From positions 682,001 through 746,000 of the forward strand of contig CDLV01000011.1 of assembly GCA_001244265.2 (NCBI GenBank): a DNA stretch of 64,000 nucleotides, in the 5' to 3' direction. The notes under the pieces were generated by a model, which was not told the DNA's origin, did no database searches, and saw nothing but the letters and a program-made list of their open reading frames with translations. Position 1 is the first letter of the stretch; the number at the start of each line of letters is the position of its first letter. Below are positions 13,099 to 26,567 of the stretch, one piece after another. A program made the position numbers and the translations under genes. The DNA comes from Microbotryum violaceum (Eukaryota).

Positions 13099-15374
13099 TC
13101 ATATTGGCGAAAGCGCACAATGACGTGGTGGGGTCGAGAACTTGTCGTGCCAAGAAAAGCTCGCCTCCCCCCAATCGATGATGGAGATTCGACCGTCCGT
13201 TCGACACGCCGCATTATCGCCACTCTCATCATCGTGATACAAACCCTCCTCTCTCAGCAAACGAAAAGCCGCTCTAGATGTGCGGCAGCGTAAGTGTCCA
13301 AGCTTCGTCAGCGCTTGCCAGAGAGACAGCGGCGACGTAGGGAGAACTTACCGTGCGTCCCGTCCCAGACAAGAATCGGAGTACATTTCTTCGTGCTTGA
13401 TGGGATTTCCAACATCTTCCATCACAAGGATGTAACCACCCCCGTCCCATCCGCTGCGGTATAGGCCATAGAATTTTGGGAAGAGAACCTGCGCAGCAGC
13501 GGACAGCCGCGGTACCGCTGTGGTGTAGATGAAGTACTCGCGGGCGATCGACGACGCGAACTCGGCTGGACCGACTTTGGCGACGATAGCTAGTTCTGCG
13601 GCAACATGGCCGACTGACAATGTCGTGGGCGCATCGACGGCTGCCACACCACGCGACCACTGTGCCTTCCATACCGTACACGTCCGCCCGCGCCCGATTG
13701 GCGCCACGAGATCGAGACGATCAAATCTTCTCGCGTCAGCGACCGGCACGTCAAACCACGCCAGACTTTCGGGGACCTTGTCCCAAGCTTCACCGAGTCT
13801 GGTGGAGAAGAACTAGGAGGATCCCACACCGAATGCGAGGGAATGAGCGGGGAAGCCGAAGGGAACGGTACGGTGCCGAGTCTGCGCGAGTGCTCACATC
13901 TGCGTAATCGAGCTCCACCCGAATTGCGAGCATACACGAGTCGCGGTCCATAGCATCGTCACAGACGATCTGCACTACACAAGGAGTGATCAAAAGACGT
14001 TCCAAGGTCTGTCCCAACAACAAACAAGCGGAGATGTGCGATCGGCTTACTTCGGTGCCAGAAAGGTGCCTCAACTCGATTCGATGACCGCCTCTTCGTC
14101 CTTAAGCAGAGGCCCCGCCGTATCTTTAAGGGCGCACAGAGGTCTAAGTGCCACCGCGGCGCCGTTCGTCTCGTGGTCAGCCGCATAATCGTGCAGTGCA
14201 AGCATGAAAGCGTTTGCGGGGCCTTCGATCGGATAGCTGGGATGAGAACTTGCGAAGATGGCGACGAGGACGGCGAACAAGTTTGTGCTCGAGTCCGAGG
14301 AACCACGTGCGCCGACCGATGAGCACACCTTGCTCACCAGCAGGTGCGATCTTCCTCCGAATTCGACTGCTCGGTACGGTGTGGTCAAATGGTCAGCGCC
14401 AGCCGGGAGTCCACGTGCTGCTGCACGCTATCTTCCGATCATGATGCGGGGGAGACTCACCGAGTTCGGTCAAAATGAAATAAGGCGCAGCCCAGTAAAG
14501 TCCAAATCGACCGTTCGCTACGGCATCGATTTGTAGCATCATCTGTTGAAACGCGTGCGTAACAATCAAGAGCTCGAGGTGTGCGTCGCATCGCACTACT
14601 AGGACCGGGTCCACTGACCGTGAACGCCACGGCGAAGCCGCCGCCCAATCGTATCGTGCGGCCCACGCGTCCCTCGGGTAACCGCATGTCGAGTGCATTA
14701 CCCATGGAGTCCGCCGGCCTCCACCTTTCCGCATCTACACCCTCTGGGCTAAAGAAGGACTGGAGCATGGGTTGCGTCGCCGTATCAATGGCAACCGTGG
14801 TCAAAACCTTGCCTGTGACGCCCTCAACCAGAGCTCGGGTTTGTTCCACTTTCTGTCCCATCGTCGGGTTGGATGCTCGGGGATCGATTCGCACCCGCTC
14901 CTCGTACAGTTCGCTCACAATCGGTTCAACAATCCCCGAGATGGACATACCGAGACGTTCGAGACTTAATTCTGCGCTGCCGACCGGCCATGGGAGCTCC
15001 TCGCCAAGAACCCGTTCCAGATGATGCTTCGCCATCTCGGAAAGCGGTGCATAGAGCCCTCTTCCTGGCCCCGTCGTCGATCTTTCGAGACCCTGTCGTA
15101 GACCTCGCGTCACTCGATCGATTAGAGTCGGATCTTCAACCGCAGCCCCAAGTCGCAGAAGCTTCTCCCCAGGCATGCGACAGAAGGCGGAGTCACCTTG
15201 TATCGTTCCAGATGCCGTGTCCGAGTTGAAATTGGAGCGCTCAAGCGAATCGAGCAAGTCAAGACTGCGAGCGTGATGCGTTTTGTACGGGCCTTGGAGC
15301 TCCAGAAAGTCTTGAAACGTTAATAGAGCGCTGCCCATCGGCTGCACCTTCGAGGAACGGGCGGAAGAGCTCAT
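13099..15374 (-). pseudogene. Second kinase-like family member, with at least two apparent frameshifts (near 14075 and 13810)
   Basis: IGRGRTCTVW (Gly loop), IVAK..EYFIY..FPKFYGLY..LVMEDVG; last exon EGLYHDDESGDN..ISIIDWG. Intron positions match the 6626-8992 gene. Confidence 0.7.
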
Positions 15375-17828
15375 TTGAACGATCACCCGCGTTGCCGATA
15401 TCTGATGCGAACGTGGCCGTCTGGGGCGTTGCACGAGAGTACTCGAAGAGCAACCGATTCTGAACCGGGTATCCTATCGCAACAAGAATATGGCGTCTTC
15501 CACGGCTGTTGTTGAGGTTCGAGCCAGATCACTGCCTCGTGGGGCGGTCGATGGTGATTTGACCCGGTAGGTACAGCTGCACAGGTAAGCGGTGGATGCC
15601 GAACAGTGTATCGTGGACGACCGCGCAACGAGACGAAGCAAGAGACGAATACGGATGCGTGGTCAGCGCAAAGTCGAGGCCGGAATCTGCAGAAGCTGCC
15701 ACTGGAGCACTGCCCGAGCCGGCCCGGGCCGCCTTCAGATCTGGGCCGGGGGCGGGCCAGCTTGACTGGTGGGCCTTACACTGCCTTACTCACTAGCCGT
15801 GCGTCCTCCGTTCTGTCTTGCAAAGGATACCTGGGCAGCAGTATCAATGTACTGATACTGAAAGCCATGGCTTGAAAACACTTGGAGGCTTTACAGTTCA
15901 TCGATCGAGTCGCAAGCGTCATCGTGACTCGGAGCAAGAAGTTGCCTCAGGAGACTTTGCGCTGATCCATCTGGTCGTGCATTTCGGCTGATGTTCAACA
16001 CTTGAAGTGCTTTGCAGTTTGAAAACCAGGTGAATGAATGCGGAGGCGAGTGCTACTATTATTGGTACTCGGTCAAAGCGGAACGTGATCTAGTTGGTCA
16101 CAATTGGGAGCCTGTGCAAAATAGTAAACAGGAAGATGCACGATGCACGACTAATCGTGCGCAATGAATGCTGAAATATGCTACACGATGGATAATGGAA
16201 GATGAAAAGATGAACGCTGCGCCTGGTAGTTGCAAGCACAGCGTCATCGACGATGACGAAACACTATTGACAAACCGAACTGAACAAGGTCGAAGACTCG
16301 GACAGTTTTGAGAAACTCTGTGCGGAGCATGATGCCGTGAGTTAGTTTCTACTGGCGAATTGGCCTAGGACCAAGTAGCATGGACGCGCACCTTAAATTC
16401 GCTCCAGTCCATTGGCTGACCGCATCTGCGAAGCTTCACCTGTTGCGCGCTCCGGAGGATGTGGGCGACAGTCCCCCTATCTTTTGTAGCCTCCGGGAAC
16501 GCCTCGGACAAGACAATCGCAACGAGCAGGGTAATGTTAGATTATTTTGCAAACCACATGTTCTCTTGAGAAGGATCGTTGTGCAAGGCGTAGAGAGAGC
16601 TGCACAGTAAGAACGCATCGGTGCGCTCCACGACTGTGAACGAAGACCAGTGTGCGAAGTCGTCAGAGCTGGGTGGCCGATGACGCCCAGATTGCTCAAA
16701 TGGCGCCCCTCGGCTCACATCGTTCGCCCAGCACAAACCATGGCGGGCTCCATAGTATCCCACATCTGCCCACATCTGCGCACCTTGGTTCCCTCCGCTT
16801 GCAGCAGCAGCTGAAAATGTGATACAGCTCCGATTCAGGTGATGTCGATGGGATGAGCCCGCGCAGCAGCGGCTAGCCTCGGTCCACTGGTGCACACCCG
16901 GCGGCCGCGAGCAGACATATGCGTACCTTGACCGCCACCGCCGAGCCACTCTCCACCGTATCGGGGAAGCCGCTGCCTTGAACAGACTGATTTCGATGGT
17001 TTCAAGTGAAGGCCACATTTTCCCACCGACTCGGCGCTTCGTTCCGTACGTTCTGCGCACATTCTTGGCGGCCTTGCCCCCTGCGCACACCATCGTGAGG
17101 AGTTAATTCGGTTGAGGGCTGCGTCCCACCCTCACAAACTCGTAGTTCCGATCTCCCTTCTGACCCTGCGTCAGGTGAGGGTCCACCCTCTTCATGCCGA
17201 TTGTCTCTCCGCAGAGCATAGAGACTGCCCGACACGAAACTCGGTTCCCTCAGAAGAGTTGGAATCTAGAGCCTTTGATCCCAGGGCTCTCAATACTTGT
17301 CCGAGGGGTCACAAAGGTATGATTTCTCGGAACGCAAGGACCGCGCCTTTACCTCATCGACTCATTCGTTGCATAGGCAAGATGTTTCGCATGGGTCGCA
17401 TGGGAGAAAACTCGTGGTGATAATTACAACCACTAGACCCGAATGGACCAGAAGAAGAAGAAATGTCACTCGATGCGAAGGACTCACGTTATTGGGACCC
17501 ATGCGACACAACATCGACCCTTAAAGCACGTTCAACTCTCTTGATTACGCTGGCGCCGTGAGTTTATTGAGCAAGCCAAGGATGTCTTGTAGTTGCAGCA
17601 GGGCTTGTGAGAGAAACCGAAGTAACCAGTGCAGCCTTGAGTAAGGTGAGATTTAACTTGTAGATCACCGAGCAGCAGCAGCAATCAACGCAGAGCGAAG
17701 CCTAGCTTGGAGGCGCTGAGAGCTGAGCGACCCAGTGAGGCTAGGAAAACCTACGCTGAGCGCTCCGGAAGTGGCGGAGACCAGTGGGGCGGCGCACGGA
17801 TGCGCGCTCTCTCTTGAGCGTGGAACTC

Positions 17829-19262
17829 TTACCGCTGAAGCTGAAGAGTCATCCGAGCATGTCGCGGTATCTGTGACGATCGACTGCGAGCGTCAGTATC
17901 CAAATCCCACCAAATAAGGCACGAAGCAATGGTACGAAAAAGGGTCGATGGAGGGGGATCAGAGTATGCTCGAAAAAGGTTTAGAAGGCGAGCGATTTCA
18001 TGATTACCCCCCTCGTTTCCCAAGAGAAAGCGGGGGGGGGGCCATGCAGACCGTCGTGATAAAAATTGATAATGGCTCATCGTCTCCCAGGAAAAGGAAT
18101 AGTGGTGGTGAATGGCACTAGTTAAGAAGAGGGGAGGAGAGGACTCACGCGAAAGCCAATTGGGGAATGGCCGAGCGTAACAGGAGGCAGCTGTCCTAAT
18201 CAGTTCTGGTATCGAGTTGAAACATCACAAGTCAGTACCTGGGGGAACGTATTGTAATGGGTCTTGATCATGTTGTCGGGATTCGTATGATAAGCCTCAG
18301 CCAAAATTTGCCGCGTAGTAACATCATAGAAGACGACCCTGCCCAAGTGCTCCGAGCCCCACACCGCACCCTCGAACCCAGTTTGGTCGCCTCGCTGCCC
18401 TCACGCAAGCACTCGGGTAACGAGAGACCAGATCGGATCAAGGACGGCAAGAAGGGTCGGAAGCACGAGGGCTAACGAAGGTCGTTTCGCAGGCGGTAAT
18501 TCGCTAATCATCACGAGCTTGTGCGAATCAAATGACATGTTTGCTGCGGACTTACGGATGGAGAAACGCGCGTGGGATTCGTGCGATGCGCTACCACAAC
18601 AGTGAAATCTGCACACCCAAAAGGCGACACCGCAAAGACGTGTCATGGGTATGTCAGCCCGTCTGATCGTTCAAGCCCCGGCGGAAAGAAAAAGTAGCCC
18701 CCAAACTAAAGCGCGAGATGAGGGAGGATGTGGTGCTCAGAGAGAAGATTATTCCGTTATCAGTCAGTGCCATGGGCTGCCAACTTGGGCCCACCCACGA
18801 CTATGAGACTCTAGTTTGATACGATTAAAAAGGTTCTCATCTTGGCGAAAGGTCAAGGGGTAGGGAGAAAAAACTGCCAAGAGCTTGAAATGAAAAGGTA
18901 CAAAGGTACTCACTTGACTGCTGAGAGGGGTCGGCACGGCATGGCCACAGTAGGGCAAGGCGTTGACGATGCAACGAGGATGAGGGGCGAGCGCGTGAGG
19001 AAAAAGGGGCAGCGTGGACAAGTAAAAGTCGCAGCCGGGAGTCGCACGAGAGCGCAAGCACGACAGGGAGGCGTACGGTGTCAAGTGAGGACACCGGAAT
19101 CACTCCGGGAAACCCTGCTTGTGTTAGGTTCGTGTCGAAGCCATCTGCGGACGTCGCTGCCCCGTCGTCGACAGAGCGCGAGCAGGGTGTGCGAGTGGTG
19201 CGAAGGCAAGCGACAGCAAGTTCCGCGCGTGGGCTCGCGTGCGGGCGGGCAATGCTGTGCAT
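17829..19262 (-). pseudogene. Probable decayed multi-exon gene of unknown family
   Basis: A series of plausible exons with GT..AG borders reads protein-like text through two in-frame TGA codons (LTYP*HVFAVSPFG; TRVLA*GQRGDQTGFEG..VVFYDV) and a poly-C frameshift. No family recognised. Confidence 0.35.
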
Positions 19263-19372
19263 AAGCGCGCAATTCGGTTTCGGGCTTATAGACTAATCGG
19301 CAATTGCACCCACGTTTCGCCCCCACTCTCATTTCACGACCCTCCGCCGGGCACACCGCGTGAGCACAACGG

Positions 19373-20767
19373 ATGATCCCGTACCGTGCCCCACCTGCCC
19401 CACCTCGTACCGAATCCATTCCCGATCGACTGGCTCGTCTTAGATCTGAACAACGCAGCGCCTCCTCTTCGGCAAACCGACGATGCGCTCTCGGGACTGA
19501 AAGCTCGTCGTCCTGGTCGGCTTCGGCGACGGCGTTGGCCAATAGTTTTGGTGCTGAATGGGACACGCGAGCGACAAGAGCAAGGGGGAGGAATGCGAAT
19601 CAAACGACTTTGGCTGCGGGTCCACCTGCACCACCAAGTTGGGGGCCACAGGTCGGACGTGGATCGGGTCCACGGGGCTCAAGTCAGAGTGGACCTTCGT
19701 CATCGAGGACGGCCAAAGCACCTCCACTCGTATCGACACGACGAGAAGCAATCGTAGCAGCTCAACTGCACAGGAATCAAATACTCCAACTCCTCTTCCC
19801 ATCAACTCATTCACCCCTAGTTTCGGAACCCTCTCCAGTCCCTTCATTGCTGTTCACCTGCGCGCACCTCATCGCCGCCGTCCTCGTCGATCCATCTCAG
19901 CGCCACTTGGTGCTCCCCTTTCTGCCCATCTTGCCGGATCATCTTCGTCTCAACCTCTTTGATTGGACCACGACGAGTGGCTATGCGCTTGAAGAACGCG
20001 CGATATATCAACTGTTGCTACCCTACCGCGACAATGGCGAAGAGGGGGAAAAATCTGCCGCGTGCAACGAATCATCTACGAGCTCGGACGAATGGGACGA
20101 CTCTTCAGACTCGGACGAGGACCGGCTGCCTAGAGACTATCTCACCCCTTTCAGGCGATCCCTCTCCTCCCCAAGATTCCCATACCAATCCCTCACTTCG
20201 CTGAACCTTGCCTTTAGTCCCCTCAAGCTCCCCTTTCTACGATCCTTGCTCCTCTCCCCTCGCTCGATCCCTCTCTTCCCCCATCTATCCCACCTCAACC
20301 TAGCCGCAACTCCTAACCTCTACTTCGTCGAAGCGTTCTTCAAGCTACTTTCCCCCCTCATCTCTTTGAGATCCCTTTCCCTAGCTGGAAAGTCCCTTTA
20401 CCCTCCTCTACACCTCGAAGAAGAAGAAAAAGAAGCAGAGGAGGACGCTTTGACCCGCGCCCATCTCGAAGGCTTCTTCAATCGTCTAGCCTCGGCCCCA
20501 CGTTTCCTCCCCCGTCTAGTCGAAGCGACCCCAACGCTACAATCCCTAGACCTAAGCTACATACCCGACCTCAACATCAACGCTTTGCACAGCATCGCAT
20601 GGGATCGACAATGGCTCGATTTGGTCAAGTTGGGGACGAGGAATTACGCTGCTAGGACGACGTCGATCGAGTTGGAGAGGGGGAGGAGGTTGAATGAGTT
20701 GGGGTTCGTGGTCAAGCGTAGGGGTGAGAAGACGAGGAAGAGGCTGTGGTTGGATGTTTATTATTGA
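19373..20767 (+). CDS. Hypothetical protein with leucine-rich-repeat-like (RNI-like) C-terminal half, single exon, 464 aa
   Basis: Long intact ORF with LTSLNLAF, LSHLNLAA, LRSLSLAG and LQSLDLSY LRR-type units. Confidence 0.8.
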   Translation: MIPYRAPPAPPRTESIPDRLARLRSEQRSASSSANRRCALGTESSSSWSASATALANSFGAEWDTRATRARGRNANQTTLAAGPPAPPSWGPQVGRGSGPRGSSQSGPSSSRTAKAPPLVSTRREAIVAAQLHRNQILQLLFPSTHSPLVSEPSPVPSLLFTCAHLIAAVLVDPSQRHLVLPFLPILPDHLRLNLFDWTTTSGYALEERAIYQLLLPYRDNGEEGEKSAACNESSTSSDEWDDSSDSDEDRLPRDYLTPFRRSLSSPRFPYQSLTSLNLAFSPLKLPFLRSLLLSPRSIPLFPHLSHLNLAATPNLYFVEAFFKLLSPLISLRSLSLAGKSLYPPLHLEEEEKEAEEDALTRAHLEGFFNRLASAPRFLPRLVEATPTLQSLDLSYIPDLNINALHSIAWDRQWLDLVKLGTRNYAARTTSIELERGRRLNELGFVVKRRGEKTRKRLWLDVYY

Positions 20768-20995
20768 CTTTGGGTTGCGTGAGATGTTGTAGTCTTATTG
20801 ATGCGCGAGGCAAGTGATTACCCTTGACCGAATCGGGGACCAAAGCTGGGTCCAGAGAAGAGTGCACGAGTCTCGTTGCAGGAAAAGAACATAACTTAAG
20901 AAGCATATATTATAAGGCAAGCCCAAACTGATAAAGGGAAGACAGGCAGGACGGCTATGCCAAGCTCAAAAACGGAAGTCAAGGAACTTCTGCCC

Positions 20996-23900
20996 TTACT
21001 GAGGCAACTGCATCGGACTCATCGTACGATCCAAATCCTGCGCCATCGCATTCGCATTCGCATTCGCAGTCGGCGTACCTTCATCGCCTCTTTCCGCACC
21101 ATGCGACATCAAATGTTGTTGAGGATACCCTTGCATCCAAGGATGTTGACCCATCATTGGAGGGCCACCGTATCCACCTGCGTAAGGATTCGGATAAGCG
21201 CCCATGGGTGGACCGTAAACTCCAGCGGGAGGGAAGGACGTCATCAACGTCGAGGCGTGAAGAGCGGGTGATCCGTTTGCGCCGACCTCGGAGGCGAGGG
21301 GCGGCGATGTAGGAGGTTGAGAGAATTGCGCCAAGGCGGCTTGGTAGGCTGCGGCTGCAGCGGCTTGCGCGGCTTGTTGAGCGGCGAGATGGTGTTGTTG
21401 CTGTTGTTGGTATTGCTGTGGGACGGTGTATCAAATGATTATGTTAATAGGTGATCAAAATAAAGCTCGTACAGCTGATCAGAATGTACCATATCAAGAG
21501 GTGGGCTCGTAGCGCCGTTCTGCTGCATCGGAGGCGACGACGGTCGACCACCACCAGCCAGATGGGGCATCATCATCGGTGATCCAACCTGACTCGACGG
21601 TGCCGCTGGGCCCATTTGCGAAGCAGGAGGCATCATGGGTGGGTATCCAGGATAGCCTCCCATCATCCAGGGTGGGGGTCCACCACCGTAGGGTGGCATT
21701 CCGCCGTAAGCTTGCATCATCTGCATCTGCTGATACTGCGCCTGCATCTGGTATTGCTGTTGCGCAAGTTGCTGGCGTTGCAGGTCGTCGAGTTGGCGTT
21801 GACGCTATTTCAAAGGAGAAGCAATAGGTATCAGTCGTTGACACAACAGCCAGGCCAGCCAATAACGGTGAGCTCACCTGCTCAGCCAACTTCCTCTCCT
21901 TCTGCTGCTCCGTCAACGCCCTTCCCACACCTCCAGTCCTTTCCTTTTCCCTCTCGAGCGACGTGATGGCACCGACCAAGCCCGTCTGGGGTGGTGGCGG
22001 TTTGCTCGGGATCGAGACCAAAGGTCCACCCGTATCCCTCGCCGCAGCCTCGAGCGCCTTCGCCGATCGTTCCTCCTTGTCGATGATCCCGGCATGCAAC
22101 AAGCCATGGGGGTTGACCAAAGGCTTGAGAGCCTGGACAGGATTCTGAGGCGAGTCGGGGTGGATGACTTGGAAATCGCCACGGGAAGGCGACGACGACA
22201 TGTTGGGTCCTCGAGAGTTGCGATCCTGCAATTCGAGACGGTTCATCCCGCTCGATTGGGTATCGCGGTTCGTCATCACCAACGGGTCAATCGAAGATGG
22301 CAGGGTAGACTGTCGATTGTCGCGACCTTCACCTTCACCCTCGCTCTCATCTTCATCATCGTCCTCTTCCTCGTCCTCGTCCTCGTCCTCCTCGTCGCTG
22401 TCAACCCATGCACGAGGCTTGCGGTTGACCGAGCTGGCCGAAGCCGAAGGGACCATGCTCGCACGACCGGGTCGACTCTTGGCAATCTGCTGCGCTTCGA
22501 GAGCTTGCTGTGCGAGGACAGCGGCGGCCGCTCGTTCCTCCGCTCGTTTGTTGGGTGCGAATGACGAAGGGAATGGCATCGAAGCTTGAGCAGGGGACGC
22601 ATCGATCCCCTTCGTCGACGAAGAGTAAGAAGCCACTCCGCTGACCGTTTCAACGCGCTGGTCATTCAGGCGAGGCATGTTGATCTCCTCCGTTTGGTAC
22701 TCGTCGACCTCGTTTGGATCTGTAGTGAACTGCGCCACCCCCTGACGAAGGTCAACAGGCGATCCCGCATCGAACATACTATGACTCGAACGACGAGGAG
22801 GTCCAACATGGTATCTCTGCTCGATCTCGGGCGAGCCGTAATCGTAGACCGTCGACGGCGTCGGCACGAGTGAACTGAGTGGGGGAGGCGATTCGGATCG
22901 ATCGACGAACTCAAGTGCCGCGAGCAGGTCGGAATGGATGTCCGAGCTCGCACCACCGGGCGTGACCGGTTCGGCCTCGAGCGATCGCTCGGCGGCGGGC
23001 ACTTGCGGAATGGGGTGCAACGCAGATGGCTTGGCCGATACGTCATCGAAGGGGTCCTTGTCGGGCTGAGGCGACGAAAGGGACTTGAAAGCACGTTCGG
23101 GAGACTTGGCCGGCACAGGCGGGCTCGTGCTAGCCAAAGGTGGAGTCATAACGGGAGCAGGTGCCACGGCCATGACCGGGTTGACGGCGACGGAGCTCGC
23201 GAGCATGGGCGCCGAGTCCTTGTTGGTCTTCCCTTCACGCGCAACAGCGCCGAGGGCGGGTACATTGTAGATGCTCTCGTGTTCGTGCCCATTCGTCGCG
23301 ACAGGGACAGGAGGAGGAGCCAGAGGCTCATGAGCGTCCCGGCACCCCGATCCACGCTCCGTATCCGCACTTTGCTGGGAAGGAGCGGCGGTCGGTCTCG
23401 AAAAGTTCAGTGCCGCCCCCGTCTGTTGCTGGGTTGCATAAGTCGAAGCAACAGTAGCTTTGGGCTCGGACCCGGTAGCTATGTTGGGCAAAGCTTGCCG
23501 AGGGGTTAAGTGGCTCGGGGTCGTGATAACGGGGGGAGGGGAAGGCGTCTCGCCACGCTTCGCTGGCTGCGAAGACGTAAAGTTGGCGTGATTGACGACG
23601 GGTTCTTGGGCGGTATCGCCGGCGCTATGGTAAATCGGTGACGATGGTCGAGCCACAGCAGGAGCGAAGAGTGAGCGAGCAGGTGGGGATTCGGACTCGC
23701 CAATCGTCGACAACTGCGTTGTGTCGCGCGTACCACCCAGACCATACTCCTCGTTGACCCTCTGCTCGGCCTCCGCTTCCGTCTCTGGTTCGTCCTCGTC
23801 CTCTTCCCGGATTTGGATGGGCGGCGGCTTACGAGAGACCGGCTCGAGTTGGGGCGCACTCGCGGGCAAGACGGCCTGAGGCGGTGGGAGCATGGACGAG

Positions 23901-26567
23901 TGCACTCCCCGCATGCGATCAAACAGAATGTTGTGGAACACGGCACGGATGGCACGAGGTCTCAGTTCGTTGACCTCGAGGTCATCAACGAGTTCGCGAT
24001 CCAAAAATTGGCGGTCGCGGTTAGGCCCGATGGGCAGAGCAAAGTACAGCGACGACGGGTCGCGAGGCTCGAATGAGAAAGCCCGGGGTCGACCGTACAG
24101 CTGCAGGGGTGAGAGCATAGTTGGGGTGAGATACAACTCAATTAGATGGAGTTCCGGACCAACTGACCTTAAACACATCCGAAATCCCAACAATCCACTG
24201 CAGCATCGCTGCCGCCGCTCCCTCTTCAACCATCAATAAAGCATACCCTTGCCTCTCCGCTCGGCCCCCAACCCCCCATCCCAACTTGTAGCTGTCGTGT
24301 GGGTTCAGGAATGTACCCTCGATCTTGAAAAGTCCCGATCGGTCGACGAGCTTTTCCGATTCGGGGTAAATAGCCGAGGCATAAAAGACTGCGTTTGGGC
24401 GTAAAGTATGCATGATCAGCGACAGGGACCGGTTGCGATGAAAGATCTTACGCTGCACTCACCATGCTGCACTATACACAACGGCGCCTCCTTCTTGGTC
24501 GGTTTGCTCCCGTAAAACGCCATCGTCGCGAACGTTCCATCGCCAGGCAAATCATCGATATCCGTCAAATCGACGGGTTTCTTGCCGAACGCTCCCAGCA
24601 AACTACTCCTTCGGTCTTTCTTCTTGGTCACCGAAGCGGACGAGGCCCCCGGTTCTTGCTTTTTGGACTTGATTAAGACGGCCCATGTCTTTCTCCATTC
24701 CGTCTCTCCAGGTAACCTCGCTTTCAAGTAACCCTCGAATTTGCCTCCTGTAGTGTTCGCCGGTGATCCAGGTGGGCTGAGACCAGCTTCGAATCCGATC
24801 CATCCTGCGGGTTTGGGTTCACGCATGCCCAACAAGGTGCCCGTGTAGATTTCGTTCGCCCTCGAACGTTCCCAAGCCGCGAGTCGGATCGCATTGATCC
24901 ACATCTTCATACTTTCTTCATGAGGAGCACAGAACAAGACACGATTCAGGCCTGCCGAGTTGATCGCAAACTGGAATGTCGTCGGTGTGGGAGGAGCCGA
25001 AGGGCTGGCAGGGAGAGGGTAAACGAATACGTCGGCGAGGTTGAGGTACTGAGGTGGGACCGTGCGGTTCTGTTGTGCGGCTTGCTCCATCTCGGCCGCG
25101 TTCCAGGTCGACATAATCGTACCGGAGAGTTGAACGAACCACTTGGCCCAGACGGCGTCAGCCTGCCCCGAGTGGGGTTTCCCATCCGGACCAATGTCGA
25201 CTCGCTTCATCAAAAAGCCTGTGAACGAAACGTTGGTTGTCATCAGTCCAGTCCCATCCTCTGAGACAAACGGCTTTGCAAGAGTTACCCTCGGCGTAGA
25301 ACTTGCTCGACCGCAACAACGCAAGGGCGCGACCAAGATCATGCAAGGGTTCTCCCGCGATTGTCTGCGGAGCCGGCGGCGGTGCATCTCGCATCGACCT
25401 CCCGCTGACCGAGTTGTTGGACACGAGCTGACCGAGCCTATTGTTGACGCGATCGCTGCCCGAGAGGGAGTTCATCGAAGGAGACGAGATCTTTGCCGCT
25501 GATGCGGCTGCTGTGCCCGGACCCATGCTCGAGTTGGAAGCCCCGACCGCCGGCGGGACAAAGTCACGCCCTACTCCGGAGTGCTGCTGCTGTGGACCAT
25601 TCGTAGCCGATGACGAAGGTGCAGGCGAATGATTGCGTGGGGTCGATCGGTTCGATCCAGGACCAAAGGACTGGGGTGGGGTCGACTGCTGTAGCTCGCG
25701 TGACTGCGAAGGGTCCCTCATTGACAAGGACGAGGACGACAAGGACGGACCGCCGCCGTGCTGCTGCTGGGATCCGTACGGCGGACCGGCGATCAAGTCG
25801 CTGCCGGAACGCGCCATGCCACCCGTGTTGGGGCCTTGCTGGTGGTGTTGTGGCGCGGTGTAGGTTCGTTGCGACGAATTGAGGCTGGCGTCGTCGTAGT
25901 GATGACTCAGCGCTGCGTACGAGGAGCCTTCTTGCGGGGGCGGTGCTAAGCCGTGGCGCGTGTGCTGCTGCTGGAACCGCTGCTGCTGGTCGTAGTACTC
26001 TAAACTAGGTCGACCCGATTGCGGCTGTGGTTGGTACTGTTGCGTCGAAGGTGGGTTCGCCTGGTGCGAATACGAAGCGCCCGTGCGTTGCTCCTGAGCG
26101 TAGAGCATTTGGTCGGCAGCACCAGCACCACCACCGCCAGCGTTGGGGTATGACATCGTCGAAGGCGAGTGCGAGTACGACCCGGTCGAGCCTATTACGC
26201 CGCCGCGGGGTAAGAGAGGCGGTCGCGAGCTGCTGCTCTCGAGGTTTGCGCTGTGGTTCGAATGCACCGATTGTTGAGGAGAAGGGTGACGGAACGAAAG
26301 CGTCGAGACGAGTGGTAACACAGGCGGTGTCGAAGAGTAAGCGCCGTTCAAGTCGTAATCGAAGAGGGAAGGTGACGAGCGCGGAGACGTAGCTCGAGCA
26401 GTAATAATAGCACCGCCGCCACCGTTGCTGGTCAAAGCGCTCGGGTGTCTCCAAGTCCCACTACTCCCAAATGAGGTCGAGCTGCTGTTGGAACGGCGCT
26501 GGATCGACTTGCGACGGATCCAAGTCGCGTCATCGTTGGTGTGGTTCGAAGAGAACAGCGAAGGCAT
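20996..26567 (-). CDS. PH-domain protein of the Caf120/Skg3 type with long low-complexity regions (multi-exon)
   Basis: GFLMKRVDIGPDGK..WAKWFVQLSGT..VPPQYLNLAD, WINAIRLAAWERSRANEIYTGTLL, EGYLKARLPGETEWRK, DVFKLYGRP..RDPSSLYFA. The start could be 26567 or 26156. Confidence 0.82.

Noticed and set aside
18640-18650. In-frame TGA as selenocysteine or readthrough
   Set aside because: The same model has other lesions (second TGA, frameshift), there is no redox motif and no SECIS was recognised; pseudogenisation is simpler.
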